NCBI GenBank assembly: GCA_963666985.2
Contig: CAXXIA010000001.1
Coordinates: 832,001 to 896,000, forward strand
Length of the DNA: 64,000 bases
Direction of reading: 5' to 3'
Source: Spirochaetia bacterium
GTDB lineage: Bacteria; Spirochaetota; Spirochaetia; DSM-2461
The notes below the pieces were generated by a model. The model was given only the letters and a program-made list of their open reading frames with translations, was not told where the DNA came from and did no database searches. The translations under genes and the position numbers were made by a program. Shown here piece by piece: positions 28,933 to 39,098 of this stretch; positions within the stretch are counted from its first letter, which is position 1; each line of letters begins with the position of its first letter.

Positions 28933-29589
28933 ATGAGAAGCCTTTATCGCTGTCCGATCTGCAATCGAGACGCGGATGCTTTCATGCGTCCGTGCCGTTC
29001 CTGCCAGGATGAAATGACCTTCTCTTCCGCGCCGCTATGCATCGGCTGCGGAATCGATCTTGCCGGTTCCGATAATCCTTGTCCCGCATGCCGAGGTATT
29101 CAATCGCCTTTAAAAGACGTCTTTGCCGTCGGGCCCTGGTCGGGAGCACTGCGCGAATGGCTCTCGCTTTTAAAGTTCGGAGGTGAGAAAAGACTGGCCG
29201 AATGGCCGGCGGAGATTTTTTACCGAATAATTGAAAACAAATGGCCTCAAGCCGCTGTGGTTCCCGTTCCTCCGCGCAGACGGCGAATTGTGTATGAGGG
29301 CTATGATGCCGTTGATGCGATAGCCGATGAATTATCCCACAAGGGAATCGAGGTTGTTAAGCTCTTAAAACGGAGAGGCGGGAAAACGCAGAAGACCTTA
29401 AGCCGCGAAGAGCGGCTTAAGGCGTCCGCTTTAAAATTCGAACTGCGGGGGAGCCGGATGTCACATCGCGGAGAAGTTGTTTTACTCGATGATGTTTCCA
29501 CTACGGGAAGTACCCTCCGCGCATGCGCCGATTTGATGAAACAGTGCGGAATCGAAGTGATTCATGCTCTGGTGTTCTGTAAAGATTAG
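28933..29589 (+). CDS. comF: ComF family protein (zinc fingers + PRTase fold)
   Basis: Four CxxC pairs, VVPVP, LLDDVSTTGSTL. Confidence 0.9.
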   Translation: MRSLYRCPICNRDADAFMRPCRSCQDEMTFSSAPLCIGCGIDLAGSDNPCPACRGIQSPLKDVFAVGPWSGALREWLSLLKFGGEKRLAEWPAEIFYRIIENKWPQAAVVPVPPRRRRIVYEGYDAVDAIADELSHKGIEVVKLLKRRGGKTQKTLSREERLKASALKFELRGSRMSHRGEVVLLDDVSTTGSTLRACADLMKQCGIEVIHALVFCKD

Positions 29590-29737
29590 CCGAGGCGCAA
29601 TTCCATTGAGTCTCCTTTGGGAAAAGCGGAGCAAATTGCTCCCTTAAAACCGGTGGAAAGAGAAGTTGGAAAGGACAGAATTCTCGAAATCGGAAAATAT
29701 GTTTCTTTTTGATCGATTCGTTCGGTGCACTCTTATC

Positions 29738-29766
29738 TTGACGGAAGCCTTTCGGATGAGTATGAT
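29738..29766 (+). promoter_or_regulatory. sigma70 promoter of the rimP-nusA-infB operon
   Basis: TTGACG-17 bp-TATGAT. Confidence 0.75.
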
Positions 29767-29792
29767 GCATCCATAAGCTCGTACAACGTGTG

Positions 29793-29822
29793 AAAGAGCC
29801 CGCAATGCGGTCTCTTTTTTTT
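29793..29822 (+). terminator. rimP leader terminator/attenuator hairpin
   Basis: AAAGAG-C-CCGC-AAT-GCGG-T-CTCTTT then a T tract, between the promoter and the rimP start. Confidence 0.7.
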
Positions 29823-29834
29823 GGCATAAAAATT

Positions 29835-30269
29835 ATGGGAATGCTGGTAGACGATACGGAACTCGAAGATTCACTGAAGGAAGTCATCGAAGGCATGGGC
29901 CTTTCCCTTGTGGAAATGTCCGTTGGACGGCATCGCGGTGATGTTAAGGTCAATCTGGTTCTCTATAAGGCCGGAGGTATCGGGCTTGATGATTTGACCG
30001 AAGCGCAAAAAACGCTGAGACCGAGGCTGGAGCTCGTGTTTAACCGTGAAGGTCTTTCGGTTGAGATATCGTCTCCCGGAACCTCAAGGATTTTAAAGGA
30101 TTCCAAGGAGTATGGGATTTTCGCCGGTCGGCGAATCAAGCTCCTTATCGATAACGATTGGATTCACGGAACGATAAAGTCCGCCGGTGATGAAATCGTG
30201 AAACTTGCCGTGGATGATGGAATTCGGGATATCCCCTTTTCCGGCATTCAAAAGGCCAAGCTAGAATAG
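29835..30269 (+). CDS. rimP: Ribosome maturation factor
   Basis: VEISSPG, C-terminal KAKL, position before nusA. Start is 29835 or 29841. Confidence 0.9.
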   Translation: MGMLVDDTELEDSLKEVIEGMGLSLVEMSVGRHRGDVKVNLVLYKAGGIGLDDLTEAQKTLRPRLELVFNREGLSVEISSPGTSRILKDSKEYGIFAGRRIKLLIDNDWIHGTIKSAGDEIVKLAVDDGIRDIPFSGIQKAKLE

Positions 30270-30287
30270 AAAGGAGAGCGGAGCGTA

Positions 30288-31778
30288 ATGAACGCAGATT
30301 TCGCCGAGTCCATAAGGGCCATACAATCGGAACGGGGTATTACCGAAGACCTTGTTCTGGCCACCATCGAGGAGTTCTTGATGGCGGCGTATAAAAAAAC
30401 ATTTGGAACCTCGGATAACGCCGTTGTTAAGTTCTCGGAAACGGGAGGCGAAGTGGCGATTTATGCGAAAAAGATCATCGTGGAAGATGATGATCTTTAC
30501 GATCCTGTCGCCGAGATTGAGCTTAAGGACGCCCTTGAACTCGTCGAAGACTGTGAAATCGGGGATGAGCTTCTTATAGAAATTGATCCGAAAGATTTCG
30601 ACAGAGGCGCCGTGCAGAGCGCGAAGCAGAAGGCCCGCCAAAATCTGAGGGAAATCCAGAAAGATACGCTTTACTCCGAGTTCAAGGATAAGGTCGGTGA
30701 GATGATCATCGGCTATTATCAGCGGGAGAAGAACGGGACTATTTTTGTTGATTTGGGGAAAACGGAAGGTATTCTCCCCAGACGATTTCAATCCCCGAGA
30801 GAAGAATATCATAACGGTGATCGCATCAAGGCGATGATCGCCGAGGTGAAGAAGGCTCCGACGGGACTGGAAATCATTCTTTCTCGTTCTCATGGTGAAT
30901 TCGTCAAAAGGATTTTCGAACTCGAGGTTCCCGAAATCTACGACGGAACGGTGGAGATTTTTAAAATCGTCCGCGAACCCGGCTATCGAACCAAGGTCGC
31001 GGTTTATTCAACACGGGATGATGTCGATCCGGTCGGCGCCTGTGTCGGGCTGAAGGGAGTTCGCATACAAGCCATTGTTCGTGAACTCGAAGGTGAAAAA
31101 ATCGATATCCTCAAATATGATAATGATCCGATTACTTTTATCCGGAACGCCTTAAGCCCCGCAGAAGTTCAGGATGTTGTTGTTCTCGACGCTTCAAAGA
31201 GGCAAGTTCTCGCCATCGTCCCCGAACAGCAATTGTCGCTGGCGATCGGAAAGCAGGGGCTCAACGTTCGTTTGGCCAACAGGCTTGTTGATTGGAATAT
31301 CGATGTAAAAACCGAAACTCAATTCTCCGAAATGGATATTTCTCAGGAAATCACCCGGGCCGCTTCGGACCTCTTCAGCGGCATCGATGAAGATGAGGAA
31401 GAAATCACTCGAATAAGTGAGCTGCCTGAAATCTCCGAACGTTTGGTTTCGCTCCTTAAGGAAAACGGCATTGAACTTATTGAAACGCTAATCGGCTTGT
31501 CTAATGATGAACTCGAAAGCTTAACGGGGATTACTCCGGCCGATGTTGAACAGATTCAGAAAATAATCGAAGATAGCGTTGAAATAATCGAGAGCGATGA
31601 TGATAACCTCGATGCGACTGAAGAAACCGCCGATGCTTCCGAAGGTCCCGACCCGGAAGACGAAACCTATGAGTGCCCCGAATGTGGTCATTTAATCACT
31701 GTCGATATGAATATCTGTCCGAACTGCGGAGTGGGTTTGAGTTTCGAGGTTGAAGAAGTCGAGGAGCAGGAAGAATAG
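30288..31778 (+). CDS. nusA: Transcription termination/antitermination factor with C-terminal zinc ribbon
   Basis: FELEVPEI, DPVGACVG, LAIGKQGLNVRLA; tail CPECG..CPNCG. Confidence 0.98.
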   Translation: MNADFAESIRAIQSERGITEDLVLATIEEFLMAAYKKTFGTSDNAVVKFSETGGEVAIYAKKIIVEDDDLYDPVAEIELKDALELVEDCEIGDELLIEIDPKDFDRGAVQSAKQKARQNLREIQKDTLYSEFKDKVGEMIIGYYQREKNGTIFVDLGKTEGILPRRFQSPREEYHNGDRIKAMIAEVKKAPTGLEIILSRSHGEFVKRIFELEVPEIYDGTVEIFKIVREPGYRTKVAVYSTRDDVDPVGACVGLKGVRIQAIVRELEGEKIDILKYDNDPITFIRNALSPAEVQDVVVLDASKRQVLAIVPEQQLSLAIGKQGLNVRLANRLVDWNIDVKTETQFSEMDISQEITRAASDLFSGIDEDEEEITRISELPEISERLVSLLKENGIELIETLIGLSNDELESLTGITPADVEQIQKIIEDSVEIIESDDDNLDATEETADASEGPDPEDETYECPECGHLITVDMNICPNCGVGLSFEVEEVEEQEE

Positions 31779-31783
31779 CGTTT

Positions 31784-34570
31784 ATGGCCGAAGAAACTGA
31801 TAAAAAGAGACCGAAAGCGACACTCATTAAGCATCGAAGTGAATCTTCGAAGCCTGAGGCTCAGGCTGACAATGCCGCTAAATCCGAAAGGAAAAAAGTC
31901 GTCGTTGTTAAGAAAAAAGTCGTCGTTAAGAAAAGCCCCGTCAAAGTTTCCTCTTCCAAAAAAGAGGACGAACCCGTAAAGAAAACGGAAGCGAAAAACG
32001 AAGTTCGGACCGCTGAGAAAGAGACTCCGAAAAAAAGCATGCCCGAGAAGAAACCCGACGCGAAACCGAAAGAGGAGGCGAAAAAGCCTCCCGAAGCATC
32101 CGTATCTGAAAAGGATAAGACGACGAAGGAAACAGTAAAAAAAGCCGCTCCAAAGGATTCCGTTCCGGAAAAAACTCCGGAAAAGGCGGAAAAAAGCGCC
32201 GCACCCGCGGCCGAATCCACTTCGTCGGAGCGTATTTCCTCCGGAAAAGATACCGTGGCCTCTCCTCCGAAGAGGGGTTCGAGAGAAGTTCAAGTCCTTG
32301 AAACGAAACGAACGGGCGGCCGCGCGGGTGTTGTCGCCGGACGCAGAGTCGACGGCGGCTTTAACCGTTCTTCCGGCGGACGTGCCGGAGTCGTCGGCGG
32401 AAGAAGACCGTCGGGCGGCCCTCCCGGACGCGACGGCGGACGAAGCGGCGGATTCCGGCCTTCGGGCGATCGTCCCGCGGGCGGCAGACCTCCCGGTCCC
32501 GGCAGGCCGGGCGCAAGACCGACCGGCGGCCGGCCGATGGGCAGACCCGGAGGCAGGCCCGGCGGACCGGGAGCACCGGGAGGGCCGCGAACCGGCAGAC
32601 CCGGAAGTCCTTCGGGACGTCCCTCCACGCAGTCCCGATCCGGCGGATTTGGAAGTTCTTCTTCATCCGGAGCGCCGCCCGCCGCCAATCGGAGCAAGAA
32701 ATTCTACAAAGCCAAGAAGATTTACGAGAAGCATAAGGAAGAGCAGGAAAAGCTTTATCAGTACTCAAAGAAAAAGCATGTGATTCAGGCCAATCCCGTG
32801 CCTAAGGAAATCGATATCATGGAAGTGATAACGGTTTCCGAACTCGCAAGAAAGATGAACCTCAAGGCTTCGGATCTTATTTCGAAGCTCATGAGCATGG
32901 GAATGATGGTTACCATCAACCAGCAGATCGATGCGGAAACGGCCACGATTCTCGCCGATGATTTTGACTGCAAGGTCAATATCGTCAGTCTCTACGACGA
33001 AACCATTATCGAGTCGGAAAAAGACAGCGAAGAGAATCTGCGGGTCAGACCTCCTATCGTTACCGTTATGGGGCATGTCGACCATGGAAAAACCAAGCTC
33101 CTGGATGCCATTCGAAACGCCGATGTCGTCGCCGGTGAACACGGCGGGATTACCCAGCACATCGGCGCCTATATGGTTCATACGAAGAAAGGGAATATTA
33201 CATTCCTCGATACTCCGGGGCATTCGGCCTTTACCATGATGAGGGCCCGCGGAGCCCAGATTACCGACTTGGTTGTCCTGGTGGTTGCCGCGGACGACGG
33301 TGTAATGCCTCAGACGATTGAAGCGATTCAGCATGCCAAGGAAGCCGGTTCGCCCATTATCGTCGCCGTGAATAAGATGGACCTTCCCGATGCTAATCCC
33401 GACCGAGTGAAACAGCAGCTCTCGGAATACAATCTGATGCCTGAAGATTGGGGCGGTTCAACTCAGTTCGTTCATATTTCGGCATTGAAGGGTGAAGGCA
33501 TAGACGATCTGCTTGACGTTCTTATTCTGGAATCCGAAATGCTTGAACTTAAGGCCAATTGGGATAGACGCGCCGAAGGTAAAGTTATCGAATCCAAGGT
33601 CGATCAAGGACGGGGTATTGTTTCCACGGTTCTTGTGGAACGCGGAACCCTAAGAATCGGAGATGCTTTCGTCGCCGGTATTTATCACGGAAAAGTCAGG
33701 GCCATGTTCGACGATAAGGGACAGCCTGTAAAAGAAGCCACCCCGTCGATGCCCGTGGAGATTCTCGGCTTTTCAGGAGTTCCCGAAGCCGGAAATCCGT
33801 TCCAAGTCACCGAAAATGAGCGGGAAGCGCGGCAATATGGTTCCAAGCGTCAGGAACTCAAGAAAATGGAAACGGCCAGGAACGTTAAGAAAGTCACGCT
33901 GGACAATCTTTACGACTCCATACAGGACGGCGACGTCCAGGAATTGAAGGTCATCATCAAAGGAGATGTGCACGGTTCGGTTGAAGCCCTTCAGGCCACG
34001 CTGGAAAAACTCAGCACCTCCGAAATCCGTCTTGTTTGCATCCGCTCGGCGGCGGGCGCCATTATTGAAGACGATGTGAATCTTGCGGCCGCCTCGGATG
34101 CGATTATTATCGGTTTCCATGTCAGACCGACTCCCAAGGCGCAGACAATCGCCGAACGGGAGAAAGTCGAAATACGCAAGTACAATGTCATTTATGATGC
34201 CGTTGAAGATATCAAGGCGGCGATGGAAGGCATGCTTGCTCCGGACTATGAGGAAGTGGCCGTCGGTCAGGTGGAAGTTCGGGAAACATTTAAAGTTCCC
34301 AAAATCGGAACCATTGCCGGGTGTATGGTCACTTCGGGCTATATAACACGCAAGAGCCAGGTTCATCTGATCCGGGACAACGTGATTATTCATACGGGCG
34401 GACTGGCATCTTTGAAGAGATTCAAAGACGACGCGAAGGAAGTCAAGGAAGGATTCGAATGCGGCGTCGGACTCGAGAAATATACCGATATACAGGTCGG
34501 TGACGTGTTTGAAGTCTTTGAAATGAAGGAAATCGCCAAGAAGCTGGGAGACGGTAAGGCCGATGAATGA
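31784..34570 (+). CDS. infB: Translation initiation factor IF-2
   Basis: [31 protein letters not shown]; low-complexity N-terminus. Confidence 0.98.
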   Translation: MAEETDKKRPKATLIKHRSESSKPEAQADNAAKSERKKVVVVKKKVVVKKSPVKVSSSKKEDEPVKKTEAKNEVRTAEKETPKKSMPEKKPDAKPKEEAKKPPEASVSEKDKTTKETVKKAAPKDSVPEKTPEKAEKSAAPAAESTSSERISSGKDTVASPPKRGSREVQVLETKRTGGRAGVVAGRRVDGGFNRSSGGRAGVVGGRRPSGGPPGRDGGRSGGFRPSGDRPAGGRPPGPGRPGARPTGGRPMGRPGGRPGGPGAPGGPRTGRPGSPSGRPSTQSRSGGFGSSSSSGAPPAANRSKKFYKAKKIYEKHKEEQEKLYQYSKKKHVIQANPVPKEIDIMEVITVSELARKMNLKASDLISKLMSMGMMVTINQQIDAETATILADDFDCKVNIVSLYDETIIESEKDSEENLRVRPPIVTVMGHVDHGKTKLLDAIRNADVVAGEHGGITQHIGAYMVHTKKGNITFLDTPGHSAFTMMRARGAQITDLVVLVVAADDGVMPQTIEAIQHAKEAGSPIIVAVNKMDLPDANPDRVKQQLSEYNLMPEDWGGSTQFVHISALKGEGIDDLLDVLILESEMLELKANWDRRAEGKVIESKVDQGRGIVSTVLVERGTLRIGDAFVAGIYHGKVRAMFDDKGQPVKEATPSMPVEILGFSGVPEAGNPFQVTENEREARQYGSKRQELKKMETARNVKKVTLDNLYDSIQDGDVQELKVIIKGDVHGSVEALQATLEKLSTSEIRLVCIRSAAGAIIEDDVNLAAASDAIIIGFHVRPTPKAQTIAEREKVEIRKYNVIYDAVEDIKAAMEGMLAPDYEEVAVGQVEVRETFKVPKIGTIAGCMVTSGYITRKSQVHLIRDNVIIHTGGLASLKRFKDDAKEVKEGFECGVGLEKYTDIQVGDVFEVFEMKEIAKKLGDGKADE

Positions 34571-34961
34571 AATCCGCCTGAGGCGGGTGGAAAGCCTGAT
34601 TCGGGATAAAGTCAGCGCTCTTATCATGAAGGGGGAAGTCAAAGATCCCCGAGTGGATACTTCGATTACCCTCACACGGGTTAAGGCGGCCAAGGATTTG
34701 GCGTCCGCGCGAATATGGGTCAGTTCATTCGGCGGCGCGGAGGCCACTTCGCGCGCCGTTAAAGGACTCACTCATGCGGCGGGATTCATACAGTCCAGAA
34801 TCGGCCGGGAGATTCGGATGCGCAACACACCGAAACTTTTTTTTAGTCCGGATGATTCCATCAGAGAAGGCATTGCCGTAAATCAACTCATTGACGAGGT
34901 TGTTAAAACCGGAAGTTCGACGGATGAGCGGACTTCCGCGGAGGAAGAATCTTCTGTCTAG
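34563..34961 (+). CDS. rbfA: Ribosome-binding factor A
   Basis: VKDPRV, DLASA, TPKLFF..DDSI. Confidence 0.95.
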   Translation: MNEIRLRRVESLIRDKVSALIMKGEVKDPRVDTSITLTRVKAAKDLASARIWVSSFGGAEATSRAVKGLTHAAGFIQSRIGREIRMRNTPKLFFSPDDSIREGIAVNQLIDEVVKTGSSTDERTSAEEESSV

Positions 34962-35829
34962 AACCGTTTCGGGACTGTTCCTTATCGATAAACCGGCCGA
35001 ATTATCGAGTTTCGCGGCTCTCGGGAATCTGAAAAGAGCCATCAATACGAAAAAGGTCGGGCATGCGGGGACCTTGGATCCTTTTGCAACGGGACTCCTT
35101 CTCGCTCTTTCGGGAAAAATGACGCGATCCGCGTTTCTCTTTTCGAATTTGGATAAAGAATATTCGGCCGTGTTTCGTTTCGGAGAAGAAACCGATACTT
35201 TGGATTCCGAAGGAACCATAACGGAAACGGCCCCCGTACCGGCGATAGAACGAATTACCCAAGCGGCGGAGGCATTTAAAGGCGGGATTCGGCAAATTCC
35301 TCCCCAATTTTCCGCGGTTAAAATACAAGGGCAAAGAGCGTATAAACAGGCTCGCGAAGGCCGGTCCGTTGAAATGCCGGAGAGAACGGTATTGATTCAT
35401 GATTTCGAAATTCTCAATTGGAAAAAACCGGATTTGGAAGTACGAATCCGCTGTTCCAAGGGAACTTATATCAGGTCCGTCGCAAGAGATTTAGGACTGG
35501 CCTCCGGAAGCAGAGCGTTTTGCGCGGCTTTAAGAAGAACCGCGATAGGTCCGTTTAGGGTTGAGAACGCCGTTCCCTCGGAAATCTGCGGAGCGGAAAA
35601 CGCAATCGCTCCCGCCGAGGCGTTCGCTCTTCTCGGCATTCCCCGAATCGAGGCGGACGAACCTCGCTCGCGAGCCTTGAGGGCCGGAGTGCCTTTTGAG
35701 AGGATCGATGGACTGCGTGAAAACGACTCGCCTTTGATTTGCTGGGTGGAAGGCGGGAACGACGCCGTCGCGCTGACAAAAAACGAAATGGGGCATTCGT
35801 CGTACGTTATTGTGTTCGATCGGGATTGA
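34924..35829 (+). CDS. truB: tRNA pseudouridine(55) synthase
   Basis: KVGHAGTLDPFATG, PPQFSAVK, CSKGTYIRS. Start uncertain. Confidence 0.96.
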   Translation: MSGLPRRKNLLSRTVSGLFLIDKPAELSSFAALGNLKRAINTKKVGHAGTLDPFATGLLLALSGKMTRSAFLFSNLDKEYSAVFRFGEETDTLDSEGTITETAPVPAIERITQAAEAFKGGIRQIPPQFSAVKIQGQRAYKQAREGRSVEMPERTVLIHDFEILNWKKPDLEVRIRCSKGTYIRSVARDLGLASGSRAFCAALRRTAIGPFRVENAVPSEICGAENAIAPAEAFALLGIPRIEADEPRSRALRAGVPFERIDGLRENDSPLICWVEGGNDAVALTKNEMGHSSYVIVFDRD

Positions 35830-36089
35830 TTTCGTCTCTATTCCGATTCCATATCGAGATTTACGGGTTTTGCGATCCTTGACGAACAGGATGATTTTAT
35901 GACAATTTGTCTTGATTGGTTTATTTAAACATGGGCCCCGGAGTTCTGGTTCTTACGGAAGGCTTTACCGCTTTCCTTTGAATTGGAGTCATTGGCTTCG
36001 GACGGCGAAATATCGATCCGGTCCGAGGAAATCGGCCGGCAAGCGGTTTAAGAAAATACCGCAATACTCATAAGAAGAGAGGAAAAAAT

Positions 36090-36359
36090 ATGTCTCTCAG
36101 TAAAGACGACAAGGCCGCGATCGTGGCCGAATTCGGCAAGGACGGAAAAGATTCAGGATCAACGGAGGTCCAGATCGCCTTGCTCACCAAGAGGATCGAG
36201 GACCTGAAAGCTCATTTTGACGAGCATAAGAAAGATCATGCCTCACGGCGCGGACTCTTGAAAATGGTAGGCCAGCGCAGACGCCTGCTCCGCTATCTTA
36301 AGCGGACCGACTTGGAAGGATATCGGGCGCTTATAGCGAAGCTCGGTCTCCGTAAATAA
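36090..36359 (+). CDS. rpsO: 30S ribosomal protein S15
   Basis: [28 protein letters not shown]. Confidence 0.98.
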   Translation: MSLSKDDKAAIVAEFGKDGKDSGSTEVQIALLTKRIEDLKAHFDEHKKDHASRRGLLKMVGQRRRLLRYLKRTDLEGYRALIAKLGLRK

Positions 36360-36373
36360 AACAAGGATTATTC

Positions 36374-38521
36374 ATGCATACAGCAAAAATTAGGATCGGT
36401 GAAGAAGACCTGATCCTCGAAACCGGGAAGATCGCGAAGCAGGCCAACGGCTCCGTTATCGCCCGGTACGGAGGCAGCGTGGTTCTTTCAACCGTCTGCT
36501 GCAGTTCCGAGACCATCGAAGGTCTTGATTATGTGCCGCTCATGGTGGATTACAACGAGCGGTATTATTCGGCCGGGAAAATTCCCGGCGGATTCATTAA
36601 GAGGGAAACACGGCCCAAGGATAAAGAGATCCTTGTTTCAAGGCTTATCGACCGTCCCATGCGGCCTTTGTTTCATAAAAGCTTCGGACGTGATATTCAA
36701 GTTATCCCCATGACCATGTCCACCGATCAGGTTCATACACCCGACGTTGTGGGAATGATGGCGGCTTTCGCCAGTGTGATGGTTTCCGATATTCCGTTTA
36801 ACGGTCCGGTTTCCGCCATTCGCGTTGCTTCGGTCGACGGACAGCTGGTTGCGAACCCCACCTTTCAGCAATTGGAAAAGTCCGAAATGGACCTGGTCGT
36901 GGCCGGAAACAACAAGGGCATCGTCATGGTGGAAGGCGGCGCCGATCAGCTTCCCGAAGAACGAATGATCGAGGCTTTGTCTTTTGCCGAAGGGATTCTC
37001 AAAGAGCTGTGTCAATTCCTAGAGGATTTCGCGGCCGCCGCCGGAAAAGAAAAACTGCCGCTGCCCGAGGATTTTCCCCCGCTGGGTTTTGAAGACGAAA
37101 TCAAAGCGGCCGCCGAACCTTTGTTTCGGGAAGTTTTGTTTTTGGGCGATAAATTCGCCCGATCCAATGGCGCGAAAGACGTTAAGTCGAAAATCACCGC
37201 ACAGTTTTCCGAACGGATAGAGCAGTACGGCGAAAACGGAATGACCGTTTTTAAAGCGTTTCTCGGAAAGGTCCATTCGGGATTGATGCGCCGTTCCATT
37301 ATCGAAGCGGGAAAACGCAGCGACGGACGGAACCCCAAGGAAATCAGGCCCATCAGTACGGAAATCGGCCTTCTCCCCAGAACGCACGGTTCTTCTCTTT
37401 TTACCCGGGGAGAAACACAATCCATCGGCATCGTTACCTTAGGCAGTTCTTACGACGAACAAATTTTCGACGATATCGACGGAGATCGGCGTTCTTCCTT
37501 CATGCTCCATTACAATTTTCCGCCGTATTCGGTCGGTGAAACCGGCCGAATATCCACCGGCCGCCGTGAAATCGGTCACGGTCATTTGGCGCAGAGAGCC
37601 ATTGAACCCATTCTTCCTTCCAAGGAAGAGTTCCCTTATACCGTCAGAGTCGTTTCGGAAATAACCGAATCCAACGGTTCTTCTTCCATGGCGACCGTCT
37701 GTTCGGGCACACTGGCGCTTTTGGACGCAGGTGTGCCGCTGAAAACACCTGTGGCGGGTATCGCCATGGGGCTTATTCAGGAAGGCGACAAGTACGTGGT
37801 GCTTTCGGATATCCTCGGTGAAGAAGATCATATGGGCGATATGGACTTTAAAGTCACGGGAAGCGAGTCCGGAATCACGGCCTTCCAAATGGATATTAAG
37901 ATTGACGGCATCGGGCTGGACATTATGAAAACGGCCCTTGAACAAGCCAGGCAGGGGAGAATCCACATTCTCGGAGAGATGGCCAAAACCATCAGCGCAC
38001 CTTCCGAAAAAATTTCGGAGTTCGCCCCCACCGTGGTCAATTATCAGGTGGACGTGGATAAAATCGGAACCATCATCGGTCCCGGCGGCCAGAATATCCG
38101 AAACATCAGTGAAACATCCGGTACGAAGGTGAATATTGACGATGACGGTGTTATCACCATTTTCGCCAAAGACGGTAAAACCGGCGCGGATATTGCTCTG
38201 AATATGATTAAAGCCTTTGTTGAAGATCCGGAAGTCGGAACGATTTATGAGGGTGAGGTGAAGCGGATTATGGATTTCGGTGCCTTTATCGAAATCCTGC
38301 CGGGCAAGGAGGGACTGTGTCATATTTCCAAGCTTGCCAAAGAACGCGTCGCCAAAGTCGAAGACGTTGTTAAAGAAGGCGAAAAGGTCAAAGTTCGGCT
38401 CGTGGAAATCGACCGAATGGGCCGGCTGAATCTCAGCATCGTCGATGCGGACAATCCCGACTGGAAACCCGCTCCGGGAGCTTCACGGCCTTCTGGCCCG
38501 TCTCATCGTCCGAGACGCTGA
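36374..38521 (+). CDS. pnp: Polyribonucleotide nucleotidyltransferase
   Basis: GKIPGGF, FTRGETQ, HYNFPPYSVGE, DHMGDMDFKV, plus KH and S1 domains. Confidence 0.98.
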   Translation: MHTAKIRIGEEDLILETGKIAKQANGSVIARYGGSVVLSTVCCSSETIEGLDYVPLMVDYNERYYSAGKIPGGFIKRETRPKDKEILVSRLIDRPMRPLFHKSFGRDIQVIPMTMSTDQVHTPDVVGMMAAFASVMVSDIPFNGPVSAIRVASVDGQLVANPTFQQLEKSEMDLVVAGNNKGIVMVEGGADQLPEERMIEALSFAEGILKELCQFLEDFAAAAGKEKLPLPEDFPPLGFEDEIKAAAEPLFREVLFLGDKFARSNGAKDVKSKITAQFSERIEQYGENGMTVFKAFLGKVHSGLMRRSIIEAGKRSDGRNPKEIRPISTEIGLLPRTHGSSLFTRGETQSIGIVTLGSSYDEQIFDDIDGDRRSSFMLHYNFPPYSVGETGRISTGRREIGHGHLAQRAIEPILPSKEEFPYTVRVVSEITESNGSSSMATVCSGTLALLDAGVPLKTPVAGIAMGLIQEGDKYVVLSDILGEEDHMGDMDFKVTGSESGITAFQMDIKIDGIGLDIMKTALEQARQGRIHILGEMAKTISAPSEKISEFAPTVVNYQVDVDKIGTIIGPGGQNIRNISETSGTKVNIDDDGVITIFAKDGKTGADIALNMIKAFVEDPEVGTIYEGEVKRIMDFGAFIEILPGKEGLCHISKLAKERVAKVEDVVKEGEKVKVRLVEIDRMGRLNLSIVDADNPDWKPAPGASRPSGPSHRPRR

Positions 38522-38541
38522 TAACGGTCTTCTCATCGATG

Positions 38542-38573
38542 GCGGCCGGCATTTCTTTGAATTCGCCGGCCGC
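38542..38573 (+). terminator. GC-rich hairpin after pnp
   Basis: 9 bp stem GCGGCCGGC/GCCGGCCGC; weak U tract. Confidence 0.5.
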
Positions 38574-38651
38574 TTAAGTTTATGAAACGAGATTTTTCAG
38601 CATGTTTACGGACCGTTGAAAGGATCTCTTCAAGTGTCTATGGGAGGTTTG

Positions 38652-39098
38652 ATGCCCGAGACAATGGAACTGGAAATCGTCTACACGGGGCCTGCCGATT
38701 CCGAGCCCGTTTATGCAACGGAATATTCGGCCGGTGCGGATTTGAAGGCCTGTATTGAAGAGAGCCTTGTCCTTGAGCCGGGAAGCCGGACAGTCGTTCC
38801 GACCGGCTTGCATCTGGCGATCCCTTCGGGCTGGGAAGGACAGGTAAGACCCCGTTCGGGCCTGGCTCTGAAAACGGGCTTAACGATTTTAAACGCGCCC
38901 GGAACCATAGATGCCGATTATCGAGGGGAAGTGAAAGTCATCCTCGTTAATTTAGGCGATCGGGAAATCGAAATAACACCCGGAATGAGGATTGCTCAAC
39001 TGATTTTTTCCCGGGCTCCCAGGGCGGTCTTCCGCCGTGTTGAAGAGCTTCCCGTTACGGACAGAGGCGGCGGCGGTTTCGGTTCCACCGGGATATGA
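38652..39098 (+). CDS. dut: dUTP diphosphatase
   Basis: AGADL, RPRSGLA, GTIDADYRGE, RIAQL, RGGGGFGSTG. GGAGG lies before ATG 38652. Confidence 0.97.
   Translation: MPETMELEIVYTGPADSEPVYATEYSAGADLKACIEESLVLEPGSRTVVPTGLHLAIPSGWEGQVRPRSGLALKTGLTILNAPGTIDADYRGEVKVILVNLGDREIEITPGMRIAQLIFSRAPRAVFRRVEELPVTDRGGGGFGSTGI

Noticed and set aside
32290..32700. GC-rich quasi-repeats and overlapping ORFs inside infB
   Set aside because: They encode the ordinary Gly/Arg/Pro low-complexity N-terminus of IF-2.
27686..38323. Long antisense ORFs opposite mutS, nusA, infB and pnp (also opposite rpsA and the MTase)
   Set aside because: Shadow frames of well-supported genes, with no recognisable motifs.
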